From Bacteriovoracia bacterium (GTDB lineage: Bacteria > Bdellovibrionota > UBA1018 > JBFWNL01): DNA of 64,000 bases. Below the pieces are notes generated by a model. The model was not told where the DNA came from. It worked only from the letters and a program-made list of their open reading frames with translations, and did no database searches. The translations under genes were made by a program, and so were the position numbers. Shown piece after piece: positions 1 to 10,271 of this stretch (positions are counted from its first letter, which is position 1; each line of letters opens with the position of its first letter). The stretch spans positions 128,001-192,000 of the forward strand of contig JBFWNL010000004.1 of assembly GCA_050251055.1 (NCBI GenBank), read 5' to 3'.

Positions 1-1
1 A

Positions 2-379
2 CGCGTTCTTTTCGAAGGTAGAGGTGTACCTCGTGAGCTTTCCGGAAGAACGAAACATCCAAAATACGCCGTCATGGAAGACCCAGTTCATTGAAATGTA
101 TCCCGTCGCTTCTTCTTTTTTACCGTTCCACAACGTGGCGACGAATGGGGCGTGAGAGTTAAAATCGGCGACCTTCGCAACCGCCTGGGCGTAACAGTCC
201 TCCCAGGTGTCTACTTCGTACTTCCACTTCCCGTCCCGAGCGGGAATCTCGGCGTAGATCGACATGTCGGTCGTGAAAATCACCGCCGTCAGCTGGAGGC
301 GACAAAGCTCCCCGGCCTGGGCAGCAGCAGCCGAGACAAAGGCAGATAAAACGATTAAAATCATATATTTAAATTTCAT
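2..379 (-). CDS. Secreted hypothetical protein, partial (runs off the left edge)
   Basis: Not in the ORF track. Manual translation from the ATG at 379 gives MKFKYMILIVLSAFVSAAAAQAGELCRLQL..., open to the window edge, with a Sec-type signal peptide (AQA cleavage). Confidence 0.7.
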   Translation of the reverse strand, partial: MKFKYMILIVLSAFVSAAAAQAGELCRLQLTAVIFTTDMSIYAEIPARDGKWKYEVDTWEDCYAQAVAKVADFNSHAPFVATLWNGKKEEATGYISMNWVFHDGVFWMFRSSGKLTRYTSTFEKNA

Positions 380-520
380 AAGGCGGAGGTTATATTAAAG
401 TAGATTAAATAAGTCAACATAAATATGATGCAATACGTTAAAGCTACGCACATTAGCATTGAACAATGCCCTTCCTATGTGAATGCGGTAGGGTATTCCC
501 AGTTTTATTTAAGGTAAGCC

Positions 521-1483
521 ATGCAAACGCCATCGGTCCCCAGACTTGAAAATCTCCTGGGCGCGGAACACCTCTCGCCCACCGACATCCGTTTTCTTTT
601 CGATACCGCCAAGGCCTTCGCCCCGATCGTCGCCAAAGATGAAACTCTTCCGCTCCTGAAGGGCCTGACGGTCGTGCATCTTTTCTTCGAAGCCTCGACG
701 CGCACGTTGGTTTCCTTCGACCTGGCCGCGCGCAAACTAGGTGCAACGACCGTGAATTTTTCCAGCGCCAGCTCGAGCGTAAAGAAGGGCGAAACCCTGC
801 TCGACACCGCGAAGAACATCCAAGCGATGCGCCCGCACTGCATCGTCGTCCGCCACGAATGCGCGGGCAGCCCGCACATCTTGGCCAAGCACCTGAAGCT
901 CCCCATCATCAACGCGGGTGACGGCTTCCACGAACACCCCACGCAAGGGCTGCTGGACGCTTTCACAATCGAGGAAAAAGTCGGCTCGGTCGCGGGAAAG
1001 ACCATCGTCATTATCGGCGACATCGCGCATAGCCGGGTCGCTCGCTCCAACATCCACGTCTTGAAAAAGCTCGGCGCGAAGGTCACCGTCTGCTCACCCC
1101 CCTCGCTCATGCCGCCCGCGCCCGAAGCCCTGGGCGTGCAAACCGCCTTTCGGCTGGAAGAGGCGCTTCCCGAGGCCGACGTCGTCATGGCGCTGCGGAT
1201 TCAGCTCGAACGTCAGAACAAAATGCAAATCCCGACCTTGGGCGAATACTCCCGCTTCTGGGGAATCAACGACGAGCGCGCGAAATTACTCAAGAAAAAT
1301 TGCATCATCCTGCATCCAGGGCCCATCAATCGCGGTGTGGAGCTGACTCCGGACGTGGCGGACGGCCCGCAATCGGTAATTCTGGATCAGGTCGCCAACG
1401 GGATCCTAATCCGCATGGCCGTGCTCGCCACCGTTTGCCGCCCGAAAGAACTGGGTGAATGGCGGAAAGGGGCGACCCCGTGA
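521..1483 (+). CDS. pyrB: Aspartate carbamoyltransferase catalytic subunit
   Basis: FFEASTRT, INAGDG-HEHPTQGLLD, GDIAHSRVARSN and HPGPINRGVEL motifs. Confidence 0.98.
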   Translation: MQTPSVPRLENLLGAEHLSPTDIRFLFDTAKAFAPIVAKDETLPLLKGLTVVHLFFEASTRTLVSFDLAARKLGATTVNFSSASSSVKKGETLLDTAKNIQAMRPHCIVVRHECAGSPHILAKHLKLPIINAGDGFHEHPTQGLLDAFTIEEKVGSVAGKTIVIIGDIAHSRVARSNIHVLKKLGAKVTVCSPPSLMPPAPEALGVQTAFRLEEALPEADVVMALRIQLERQNKMQIPTLGEYSRFWGINDERAKLLKKNCIILHPGPINRGVELTPDVADGPQSVILDQVANGILIRMAVLATVCRPKELGEWRKGATP

Positions 1484-2805
1484 ATACGACGTCGAGCGAA
1501 CCGACCTCAATTCTCATTCGCGAAGGCCGCATCGTCGATCCGTCTTCGCAAAAAGACGGCGCCGGCGACCTGCTCATCGAAAACGGCAAGGTCACCGCGG
1601 TGGATGGCCCAGGAAAAATTCCCGTGGCGCGGGCGCAACACGTCATTGAAGCCAAAGATCTTTGGGTCTTTCCGGGCCTGATCGACGTGCACGTGCACCT
1701 GCGCGAGCCCGGCCAAGAATACAAAGAAGATATCCGCAGCGGCACGTTCGCGGCCGTCGCGGGCGGTTTTACCAGCGTCGCGTGCATGGCCAACACCGTG
1801 CCCGTGAACGACTCTCCGCAGATCACGGCGTTCATCCGCGAACGCGCGCGCTCGGGCGCCGCCTGCCGCGTGTTTCCGATCGGGGCCCTCTCCAAAGGCT
1901 TGAAAGGCGAGGAGCTAGCGGAAATCGGCGGCATGGTCAGTGAAGGCGCGGTCGCCATTAGCGACGACGGCATGCCGGTCATGAATTCCTACCTCATGCG
2001 CAAGGCGATGGATTACGCCTGCGCTTTCGGCGTGCGCATCATTAGCCACGCGGAAGACTGCCACCTCGTCGGCCAAGGCGTCATGAATGAAGGCGCGCGC
2101 TCGACCACCCTGGGCCTGCGCGGAAACCCGGCAGCGGCGGAAGAAATTCTGGTCGCGCGCGAAATTTCTCTCTCGCGCCTCACGGGCTGCCCCGTTCACA
2201 TCGCCCATATCTCCACGCGCCTAGGCCTGGAGCACGTACGCCGGGCCAAGGAAGAGGGGCTGCTCGTCACCGCGGAAGTTTCTCCGCACCACCTCACGCT
2301 GACCGACGACGCCGTGGCCACCTACGACACTCACTACAAGATGGCCCCACCTCTGCGGACGGCCGAGGACGTCGAAGCCCTTCGCCAAGCTGTGGCTCAG
2401 GGCGTTATCGATGTCATCGCTACCGACCACGCTCCTCACGGAACGGTAGATAAGTTGACTGAATTCGATGTCGCCGCCAACGGCATCATCGGTTTGGAGA
2501 CCGCGGTATCCGTCACCCTGAAACTTGTGCTAGAAGGGAAGCTACCCCTCGGCCGATGGGTGGAATCCTTCACGCGCGCTCCCGCAAAGTTGATAGGCCA
2601 GGACCTAGGCACGCTGCGGGTAGGGGCGGAAGCGGACGTGACGATCATCGATCCCAAGGCCAAGTGGGTCCTGAGCGAGAACGAAATTTTTTCGAAGAGC
2701 AAAAACTCTCCCTTCCTGGGTTGGGAGTTCACGACGCGAGTCCACACGACGATCGTCGGAGGGAAAGTCCGGTATGAAGTCAAACGAGGGCGTCCTCGTC
2801 ATTGA
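1480..2805 (+). CDS. pyrC: Dihydroorotase (long type)
   Basis: DVHVHLREPG, KMAPPLR and IATDHAPH motifs. The GTG start at 1480 overlaps the pyrB stop (GTGA); the ORF-track start is 1459. Confidence 0.96.
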   Translation: MNTTSSEPTSILIREGRIVDPSSQKDGAGDLLIENGKVTAVDGPGKIPVARAQHVIEAKDLWVFPGLIDVHVHLREPGQEYKEDIRSGTFAAVAGGFTSVACMANTVPVNDSPQITAFIRERARSGAACRVFPIGALSKGLKGEELAEIGGMVSEGAVAISDDGMPVMNSYLMRKAMDYACAFGVRIISHAEDCHLVGQGVMNEGARSTTLGLRGNPAAAEEILVAREISLSRLTGCPVHIAHISTRLGLEHVRRAKEEGLLVTAEVSPHHLTLTDDAVATYDTHYKMAPPLRTAEDVEALRQAVAQGVIDVIATDHAPHGTVDKLTEFDVAANGIIGLETAVSVTLKLVLEGKLPLGRWVESFTRAPAKLIGQDLGTLRVGAEADVTIIDPKAKWVLSENEIFSKSKNSPFLGWEFTTRVHTTIVGGKVRYEVKRGRPRH

Positions 2806-3946
2806 GTTGCCAAATGGGGAAACCCGATCGTTCCCCGGAACGCTTTTCGGCGCGTCCGTGTTTGCTACCGCTCCGAACCGGACCGATCGCGGCTACGGCG
2901 AAGTGGTCTTCAACACGTCGATGACCGGCTACCAGGAAATCCTCACCGACCCTTCGTATTACGGACAGATGGTTTGCATGACCTATCCGCACATCGGCAA
3001 CACCGGTATCAACCGTGAAGACGCCGAAAGCGGCAAGCCCTGGTGCGCGGGCTTCATCGTGCACGAGATGTGCGACACGGCGTCGAACTGGCGCGCCGAA
3101 GGCGAACTGAACGATTACCTGATAAAGCACCAGATCCCCGGCCTGCAAGGCGTGGACACGCGCGCCCTGACTTTAGTCCTGCGTAAGCTCGGCGTCACTC
3201 GTGGCGTGATCCTGCCGAAGGCAGATGAATCGCGGGCGAAGACTTTATTGAAAGAGCTGCCCGCGTTCGAAGGCCGCGACATGATCCGCGAAGTGTCGAC
3301 GACGAAGCCTTACGCGTGGCCGACGCCCGAAGCAGGGGAAGCGGCTCCCGCAGGCGCCACCGCCGCGAAGTCCCCGGCGAAATACAAAGTCGTGGCCATG
3401 GACTTCGGCGTGAAGTGGAATTTGCTGCGCAGCTTGGAAGCTCGCGGTTGCCAGGTCCAGGTCGTACCCGCCACCACCGCCGCGGAATCGATTCTCGCCT
3501 ATAAACCCGACGGGGTTTTTCTCTCGAACGGCCCCGGCGATCCTTCGGCCGCGCCCTACGCGGTGAAGGCCATCCAGGGATTGATCGGCCAGGTACCCAT
3601 TTTCGGTGTCTGCATGGGTCACCAGCTGCTTTCGCTTGCCATTGGCGCGAAAACCTACAAATTGAAATTCGGCCATCGCGGCGGAAACCAACCCGTGCAA
3701 GATCACACTACCGGCAAGGTGGAAATCAGCTCGCATAACCACGGTTACGCGGTCGACGCGGCGACCGTGCCAGCCTCCGCCGAGATCACGCACCTCAACC
3801 TAAACGATAAGACCGTGGAAGGTTTGCGCCTGAAGAACGCGCCCGCCTTCTCCGTGCAGTACCATCCGGAAGCCTGCCCTGGCCCACACGATTCCGAAGG
3901 CTTGTTCGATCGATTTATCGACCTCATGGGAGAGTTCCGCCGGTGA
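2774..3946 (+). CDS. carA: Carbamoyl-phosphate synthase small subunit
   Basis: GEVVFNTSMTGYQEILTDPSY, LSNGPGDP, GVCMGHQ and VQYHPEACPGPHD motifs. Confidence 0.98.
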   Translation: MKSNEGVLVIELPNGETRSFPGTLFGASVFATAPNRTDRGYGEVVFNTSMTGYQEILTDPSYYGQMVCMTYPHIGNTGINREDAESGKPWCAGFIVHEMCDTASNWRAEGELNDYLIKHQIPGLQGVDTRALTLVLRKLGVTRGVILPKADESRAKTLLKELPAFEGRDMIREVSTTKPYAWPTPEAGEAAPAGATAAKSPAKYKVVAMDFGVKWNLLRSLEARGCQVQVVPATTAAESILAYKPDGVFLSNGPGDPSAAPYAVKAIQGLIGQVPIFGVCMGHQLLSLAIGAKTYKLKFGHRGGNQPVQDHTTGKVEISSHNHGYAVDAATVPASAEITHLNLNDKTVEGLRLKNAPAFSVQYHPEACPGPHDSEGLFDRFIDLMGEFRR

Positions 3947-4587
3947 GCCACCAAAAATATCTCGACCCCATTATCGAGGAGTTCTCGACCGGGAATTATT
4001 ACCGCGAAGTTTACCTCGCCAAGGAGGAGTACTTCGATAAGACGGGGATCATTTACGAGGATGACGGCGAGTTCGAGCAGCGCATGTGCATCTTCATGGA
4101 CTGGTACCTGTTCGACCGTGACCTGCCCGGCGTGGATCTGCCGCCCGTGAAGTATTACTTCCGTAAGCACAAAAACGACTTCGCCACCGAGGAGCTAGGA
4201 ATCTACAAAGACCTCTGCGGCACGATCCATTCGATCTTCCGCTTGAAGCGCTTTTCCTTTTTCGGCAAGGGTTTGGTCGTGACCGATCTCTTCTCCGGCA
4301 AGTCCTACAAGGTGAACGACCCCGAGATGAAGCGCGGGTTTTCCCGGGGGGATCTCTTCGAGGCGCGCCTGATCCCGTTCCAAGGCACGCTCAACTTCTC
4401 CAAGGGTTTCTGTTTTCACCCGACCGAGATGGAGTCGTTCATTCTATCCGAGATCAAGAAAGTGCGCTTCCAAGATAAGTCGCGCCAAACCAAGCTCATC
4501 ATGCAATTGGCCGCGATGAAGCTGAAGCATCAACGCTTTCAGCACATCGACGTTCGGCACATCTACACCTTTTCATCCCGGTTTTAG
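3943..4587 (+). CDS. Hypothetical protein translationally coupled to carA
   Basis: 214-aa ORF with a GTGA overlap on the carA stop and host-like codon usage. No family motif recognised. Confidence 0.85.
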   Translation: MSHQKYLDPIIEEFSTGNYYREVYLAKEEYFDKTGIIYEDDGEFEQRMCIFMDWYLFDRDLPGVDLPPVKYYFRKHKNDFATEELGIYKDLCGTIHSIFRLKRFSFFGKGLVVTDLFSGKSYKVNDPEMKRGFSRGDLFEARLIPFQGTLNFSKGFCFHPTEMESFILSEIKKVRFQDKSRQTKLIMQLAAMKLKHQRFQHIDVRHIYTFSSRF

Positions 4588-4608
4588 GCGGACGGCGAGG
4601 ACATTGGC

Positions 4609-5679
4609 ATGATCCCAAAAAAAATCCTCGCCGTTAAGTTTCGATCCATGGGGGATACCGTGCTGCTCACCGCCTCGCTCAGCGAGCTTCGGCGTGCCTA
4701 TCCCGACGCCGAGATCCACGTTGCCGTCACGTCCGACTGGGCCGATCTGATCAAGGGCCATCCGGCGGTCGACAAGATCTGGCCCTACGAGCGCCGCAAG
4801 GAAAAGACCGCGCGCGCCAAGACCGTCGCGAGCCTGGGTTTGAAGCTGCACCGCGAGCACTATGATTGGGTGGTGAACTTCCACGCCAGTCCCTCAAGCG
4901 CGCTACTTGCGTTCGCCACCGGCGCCAAGACCCGCTCCATCCACTTCCACGGCCACAAGGACGCCAACCGCTATTCAACGGTAACCGTGCCAGGCAAAGG
5001 TATCGTGAAGCCCAATATCGAGCGCGATCTCGACACCTTGCGCGCGCTCGGCATGGACGTACCCGAAGGCATCTTGCCCAAGATTTGGCTGACGGACGAA
5101 GAACTCCAGAAGGGGCGCGATTTCCTCGCCGAGCGCGGGATCACGGGCCCGTTAATGACTGTGTCGCTCGGCGCAAGCCGTCCCACCAAACGGTGGAACA
5201 CGCCCAACTTCGCCCGCGTCGCGCTGAAGTGGTGCAGCCTGAAGGGCGGATCCGCGCTCGTATTCGCGGGACCCCAGGAAGAGGAACTCACCCGAGAGTT
5301 TTTCAAGCAGATCGACACGAGCGTAATCAAGCAGATCCACCTGCTGGAGCCACGCGAGCTACGTGAGTTCGCCGCCATCGTCGCCCAAAGCTCGATCTTC
5401 GTCGGCAACGATTCGGGCCCTAAGCATGTCGCGGTCGCCCTGGGCGTGCCCACCGTGACCGTCATCGGCCCCGAGCACCCCTTTGAGTGGCACCCGTATT
5501 CACGGGCCGCGCATCCGTATCTCTACGTCGAGAACTTGCCTTGCCGGCGCGACGCGCTCCCCGGCCGCCCGCCCTGGTGCGCGCTCCAGCAATGCACGAT
5601 CGAAGGCCACCGCTGCATGAAGCTGATCTCGGTCGACGCCGTGTTTAATGAATGCCTGAAGGTGGCCCGCCTGGGATAG
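4609..5679 (+). CDS. Glycosyltransferase family 9 (ADP-heptose:LPS heptosyltransferase-like)
   Basis: KFRSMGDTVL, GASRPTKRW and FVGNDSGPKHVAVALGVPTV motifs. Confidence 0.93.
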   Translation: MIPKKILAVKFRSMGDTVLLTASLSELRRAYPDAEIHVAVTSDWADLIKGHPAVDKIWPYERRKEKTARAKTVASLGLKLHREHYDWVVNFHASPSSALLAFATGAKTRSIHFHGHKDANRYSTVTVPGKGIVKPNIERDLDTLRALGMDVPEGILPKIWLTDEELQKGRDFLAERGITGPLMTVSLGASRPTKRWNTPNFARVALKWCSLKGGSALVFAGPQEEELTREFFKQIDTSVIKQIHLLEPRELREFAAIVAQSSIFVGNDSGPKHVAVALGVPTVTVIGPEHPFEWHPYSRAAHPYLYVENLPCRRDALPGRPPWCALQQCTIEGHRCMKLISVDAVFNECLKVARLG

Positions 5680-5694
5680 GCGCGCGAAACGGCC

Positions 5695-6600
5695 ATGACG
5701 GTATCCGGATTTACCCTCGTTAGAAACGGCACCCAGTTCGATTACCCTTACCGGGAATCCATTCGCTCGCTCCTGCCCCTCGTCGATGAACTCGTAATCA
5801 ACGTCGGCCGAGGCAGCGATGACACCTTGGCGCAGGTCCGCGCGCTAGCGGCAACCGAACCAAAAATCGTGCTCTTTGAATCCGATTGGCAGCTCGAGAA
5901 CGAAGCCAAGAAACGCGGTGGGTTCATTCTCTCGGAGCAAACCAATCTCGCGCTGGAGCGTTGCACGGGGGACTGGTGCGTTTACCTGCAGGCCGACGAA
6001 GTGCTGCATGAGGCGGATTACCCCGCGATCCGCCAGGCGCTGGCGGAGGCCCAAAACCGACCCGATATCGAAGGTCTGCTTTTTAACTATCACCACTTTT
6101 ACGGGTCATACGACGTGGTTCAGCGCACTCGCAGCGCTTACCGCCGTGAAGTGCGCGTGATTCGCCGGGCGAGCGGGGCCCGCAGCGTAGGCGACGCGCA
6201 AAGCTTTCGAAAACCGGCGGGAGAAAAACTGCGCGTCGTCCGGGTGAACGCCGCAATTTACCACTACGGGTGGGTGCGCACCCCCGAAGCCATGCGCGAA
6301 AAAACTTTTTTCATGGATCAGCTGTATCACGGCACCGCCACCGAAGCCGCGCAGGCCGCAGGCGTGCCCCATACGGGGCAAAACTACCGTTACAAGCGAT
6401 TCTGGGGCCTCCACCGGTTCCGCGGCTCGCATCCCTCGGCAATGCACGAGCGAATCGCCAAAAAGGGCTGGCATTGGGATTTAAAAGCGTCTCCGCTGAT
6501 GTGGGAAGCGAAGGACTTGAAAAAAATCGCTTCAGATCTCGTGGAAAATCTGACAGGATGGCGCCCGTTCGAATACCGGAGTTATAAGATCACCAAGTAG
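5695..6600 (+). CDS. Glycosyltransferase family 2
   Basis: VSGFTLVRNG...DYPYRESIRS, GDWCVYLQADE and YHYGWVR motifs. Confidence 0.9.
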   Translation: MTVSGFTLVRNGTQFDYPYRESIRSLLPLVDELVINVGRGSDDTLAQVRALAATEPKIVLFESDWQLENEAKKRGGFILSEQTNLALERCTGDWCVYLQADEVLHEADYPAIRQALAEAQNRPDIEGLLFNYHHFYGSYDVVQRTRSAYRREVRVIRRASGARSVGDAQSFRKPAGEKLRVVRVNAAIYHYGWVRTPEAMREKTFFMDQLYHGTATEAAQAAGVPHTGQNYRYKRFWGLHRFRGSHPSAMHERIAKKGWHWDLKASPLMWEAKDLKKIASDLVENLTGWRPFEYRSYKITK

Positions 6601-6602
6601 AA

Positions 6603-7439
6603 GTGAAAATGACCGCTCCCGTCGCTTCCCTCATCATCTCGACCTACAACTTACCCAAGCACCTAGAGCTGGTGTGCGCGGCGGTACTGCGCCAGAGCTT
6701 CCGCGATTTCGAAGTCGTGATCTGTGACGACGGATCCGGGCGGGACACGCGCGAAGTGATCGATGTCTTCCGGGCCCGCAGCCAGATGCCGGTGTTCCAC
6801 GTCTGGCAGGAAAACAAGGGCTTCCGCAAATGCAAGATCTTGAACGAGGGGCTACGCAAGACTTCGGGCCAGACCTTGATATTCCTCGACGGTGACTGCG
6901 TGCCCCACCGGGACTTCGTGAAGGACCACGTGCAGAACCAGGAACCCGGCCGCTACCTCGCGGGTCGGCGCATGGAACTCGGTAAAAAACTCAGCGAATC
7001 GCTTACCCCCGCGGACATCCGCGAGGGATTCTTCGATCGCCCCCGGGGCCGGCTCGTCATGAGCGCGCTCTTTGGCGATACGACCCACTTGCAGCGTAGC
7101 CTACGCGTCAGCCTGCCCTGGTTAAGGAAAAAAATGCGGATGCAGCAGGTGGACGATTTAAAGGGCTGTAACTATTCCGTCAATCGCCTCGATCTCATCT
7201 CCATCAACGGGTTCGACGAAAAGTATGAAGGCTATGGACGCGAGGACACCGATATCGAGATCCGGCTGCAGAATTACGGATTGAAAATCAAATCGCTAAA
7301 AGGCCTGGCGCTGCAGTTTCACGTCTGGCATCCACGCCGAGAATTCACCGTGGTCAACGATCAGCGGCTGGAAGACGTCAAGCGCACCAAGCGCGTCCGC
7401 TGCGAAAATGGACTAATTCAGGATCGGCCGATTCCGTAA
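6603..7439 (+). CDS. Glycosyltransferase family 2 with a galactosyltransferase-like C-terminus
   Basis: ASLIISTYN, CDDGS, FLDGDC and NGFDEKYEGYGREDTD motifs. Confidence 0.92.
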   Translation: MKMTAPVASLIISTYNLPKHLELVCAAVLRQSFRDFEVVICDDGSGRDTREVIDVFRARSQMPVFHVWQENKGFRKCKILNEGLRKTSGQTLIFLDGDCVPHRDFVKDHVQNQEPGRYLAGRRMELGKKLSESLTPADIREGFFDRPRGRLVMSALFGDTTHLQRSLRVSLPWLRKKMRMQQVDDLKGCNYSVNRLDLISINGFDEKYEGYGREDTDIEIRLQNYGLKIKSLKGLALQFHVWHPRREFTVVNDQRLEDVKRTKRVRCENGLIQDRPIP

Positions 7440-8725
7440 TACTGGAAACCCAGCTTCTTGAGGGCGTCCGCCGCGTAGATATTGCGCCCGTCGAAAATCA
7501 CCGGCGTCTTCATGCTGGCGTGGATTTTCTTGAAATCAGGATTGCGAAACTCATTCCATTCCGTCACGAGCAGCATGCCGTCCGTGCCCGACACGGTTTC
7601 GTAGATCGATTCGCAGTAGGTGACGCCGGACTCCTTGAAGGTCTTTTGAACGTTGGGCATGGCCACGGGATCGAAGGCTTTCACCTTTGCCCCGGCAGCG
7701 AGCAAGCCCTGCATGATGATCAACGCCGGCGCCTCGCGGATATCGTCGGTATTCGGCTTGAACGCGAGCCCGACCACGCCGAAGGTGCGGCCGGAAATCT
7801 CACCGTTGAAATGCTTCTTCACCAGCTTAACCAGGTGCTCTTTCTGGCGGGCGTTAGCGGCTTCAGCAGCGTCGATAATGCCCATCGGGACCTTTTCCGC
7901 GCGCGCGGTCGCCAAGAGCGCCTGCACGTCTTTCGGGAAACAGGAGCCGCCGTAACCCACCCCGGCGTACAGAAAATGCTTACCGATGCGTACGTCGGTC
8001 GCCATGCCCTTGCGAATCAGTTCAATGTCGGCGCCCACCTGCTCGGATAAAATGGCGAGCTCGTTCATGAAGCTAATGCGCGTGGCGAGGAAGGAGTTAC
8101 AAGCGTACTTCGTGACTTCCGCCGAAACCGGGTCCATCCATAAGATGGGATTTCCCTGCCGCACGAAAGGGGCATAGAGCTCGGCCATCTTTTCGTAAAC
8201 TTCCTTTTTGCGCGTGCCAATCACGACCCGGTCGGGCTTCATGAAGTCCTCGATCGCACTGCCTTCCTTCAAAAACTCGGGGTTGCTCACCACTTCGGCC
8301 GGGAATTTCGAGAACTCGGCGATCCACTCGGAAACCTTCACGTGCGAGCCGATCGGCACCGTGGACTTATTCACGATCACCAAGGGACCCTTCATTGCCT
8401 TACCCACGTCCTGGGCGGCTTTCTTCAGATAACTCAGATCGGCTTCCCCGGTAGGACCCTGCGGGGTGCTCACGGCCATGAATACGATCTCCACGTCGAC
8501 GGGCAGGGCCGCGTCGAAAGAGGTCGTGAAGGTCAGCCGCTCTTCTTCCACGCCCCGCCGGACGATTTCTTCCAGTCCGGGTTCATAAATCGGGATCTCG
8601 CCCTTCTTTAAAGCATCGATTTTCTTCGCGTCATGATCCAGGCAGATCACCGTGTTTCCGGAATCCGCGAAGCAGGCCCCGGCCACCAGTCCTACGTAAC
8701 CCGTTCCAATCACCGCTATCTTCAT
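7418..8725 (-). CDS. ugd: UDP-glucose 6-dehydrogenase
   Basis: MKIAVIGTGYVGL, NKSTVP, SNPEFLKEG, GYGGSCFPKD and FKPNTDDIRE motifs. Start trimmed to the ATG at 8725. Confidence 0.96.
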   Translation of the reverse strand: MKIAVIGTGYVGLVAGACFADSGNTVICLDHDAKKIDALKKGEIPIYEPGLEEIVRRGVEEERLTFTTSFDAALPVDVEIVFMAVSTPQGPTGEADLSYLKKAAQDVGKAMKGPLVIVNKSTVPIGSHVKVSEWIAEFSKFPAEVVSNPEFLKEGSAIEDFMKPDRVVIGTRKKEVYEKMAELYAPFVRQGNPILWMDPVSAEVTKYACNSFLATRISFMNELAILSEQVGADIELIRKGMATDVRIGKHFLYAGVGYGGSCFPKDVQALLATARAEKVPMGIIDAAEAANARQKEHLVKLVKKHFNGEISGRTFGVVGLAFKPNTDDIREAPALIIMQGLLAAGAKVKAFDPVAMPNVQKTFKESGVTYCESIYETVSGTDGMLLVTEWNEFRNPDFKKIHASMKTPVIFDGRNIYAADALKKLGFQYYGIGRS

Positions 8726-8778
8726 AGGCCCCCTTCTTCCCAAAAACCGTGCATTTATGCTAGCGTCTTCTCTCAATA

Positions 8779-9570
8779 ATGCGCCACCCCATATCCGTGA
8801 CGATCATCACCTTGAACGAGGAGAAAGACCTCCCGCGCGCGCTGGCGAGCGCCGCCTGGGCCGACGAGATTGTCGTAATCGACAGCGGGAGCACGGATCG
8901 AACGGTGGAACTCGCCAAGGCGGCTGGTGCCCGCGTGATTCACAATCCTTGGCCCGGTTACGGCAAACAGAAGAATTTTGCCCAAGCCCAGGCCAAGCAC
9001 GATTGGGTGCTAAACATCGACGCCGACGAGGAAATCACCCCCGAGCTCAGGCGCGAGATCGAATCCGTTCTGGACGTGGGCAATCGGAACGACGTAGGAA
9101 CCGGGACCAAACCCAGCCCGCACTCCATCAACGGCTATCTCATCCCCCGTAAAACCTTCTATCTAGGCCGCTGGATCCGCCACGGCGGTTGGTATCCCAA
9201 CTACCTCGTCCGTCTCGTGAACCGCACTCAGGCTCAGTGGACGGAACCCGAGGTGCACGAAACCCTGATGGTCTATGGACCCACCGGCACTCTGCGCGAA
9301 CACCTAAATCACTACACTTTTCGGGGTATCGAGGATCAAGTCAGCACGAACGTGCGTTACGCCCGTTACGGGTCGATCGAACTCGCCAAGCGGGGCGTGC
9401 GCGGGGGACTCGCGCGCCTGCTCCTGAAGCCCTGGGGAAAGTTCCTGGAGACCTACCTTTGGAAAAAGGGCTGCCTGGACGGATTCCCCGGCCTGATTAT
9501 TTCCATCAATGCCGCCTATAGCGTCTTCCTAAAATATGCCTTTCTGTGGGAGAAGAGAAGGAACGCATGA
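8779..9570 (+). CDS. Glycosyltransferase family 2 (LPS core beta-glucosyltransferase, WaaE/KdtX-like)
   Basis: ISVTIITLNEE, DSGSTDRT, GYGKQKNFA, WVLNIDADE and WIRHGGWYP motifs. Confidence 0.92.
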   Translation: MRHPISVTIITLNEEKDLPRALASAAWADEIVVIDSGSTDRTVELAKAAGARVIHNPWPGYGKQKNFAQAQAKHDWVLNIDADEEITPELRREIESVLDVGNRNDVGTGTKPSPHSINGYLIPRKTFYLGRWIRHGGWYPNYLVRLVNRTQAQWTEPEVHETLMVYGPTGTLREHLNHYTFRGIEDQVSTNVRYARYGSIELAKRGVRGGLARLLLKPWGKFLETYLWKKGCLDGFPGLIISINAAYSVFLKYAFLWEKRRNA

Positions 9571-10271
9571 AGGTATTGATCATCGACAACAACATCGATC
9601 TCGACTGCTGGGGCGCCCATGATCTTTCCCATTATTCGCGTTTCGCTCCTCACGCCACGTTCTACGTGCGCCGCGGGCCGCACGCCGACCTGCCCACCGA
9701 TCCCACCGAGTTCTCGCGCATTATCGTTTCCGGATCCCGAACCTCCGCATTGAGCCAGGACGCATGGGTCTCGAAATTGGAGGACTTCCTCCGGCGTACG
9801 ATCGATGCCCAAGTACCGGTGCTCGGAGTATGCTACGGCCACCAGCTTTTGGCGCGCGTGTTGGGCGGCGTCACCGCCGTGCGCCGAGCAAGCGTGTCCG
9901 AGTTTGGCTGGATAGAAATCGAAGTCCTCAAAGATTCACCGCTGTTCCGGGGTCTGCCAAAAAAATTCTACACCTTCGCCGCGCACTACGACGAGGTCCC
10001 CCAGCCTCCCGCCGGTTTCCTCCATACGGCGCGGTCGCGGGACTGTGTCGTGCAGGCGTACCACCATCCGGAACGGCCGATTTACGGAATCCAGTTCCAC
10101 CCCGAACGTACGTTGGCCGGCAGCGAGCGGACCATTCGTGAGCAAATCAAAAAAGGTGAAGGCGCCCAGGTGTTCAATCCGAAGCTCGGCGCGAAACTCT
10201 ACGACCCCGAAGTCGGCAACGCCATTTTTCGAAATTTCTTGGGCGATGGCCCCGAAGGGCGCGCGGGTTGA
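9567..10271 (+). CDS. Class I glutamine amidotransferase-like protein
   Basis: GVCYGHQ nucleophile elbow and GIQFHPE. ATGA overlap with the upstream gene. Confidence 0.9.
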   Translation: MKVLIIDNNIDLDCWGAHDLSHYSRFAPHATFYVRRGPHADLPTDPTEFSRIIVSGSRTSALSQDAWVSKLEDFLRRTIDAQVPVLGVCYGHQLLARVLGGVTAVRRASVSEFGWIEIEVLKDSPLFRGLPKKFYTFAAHYDEVPQPPAGFLHTARSRDCVVQAYHHPERPIYGIQFHPERTLAGSERTIREQIKKGEGAQVFNPKLGAKLYDPEVGNAIFRNFLGDGPEGRAG

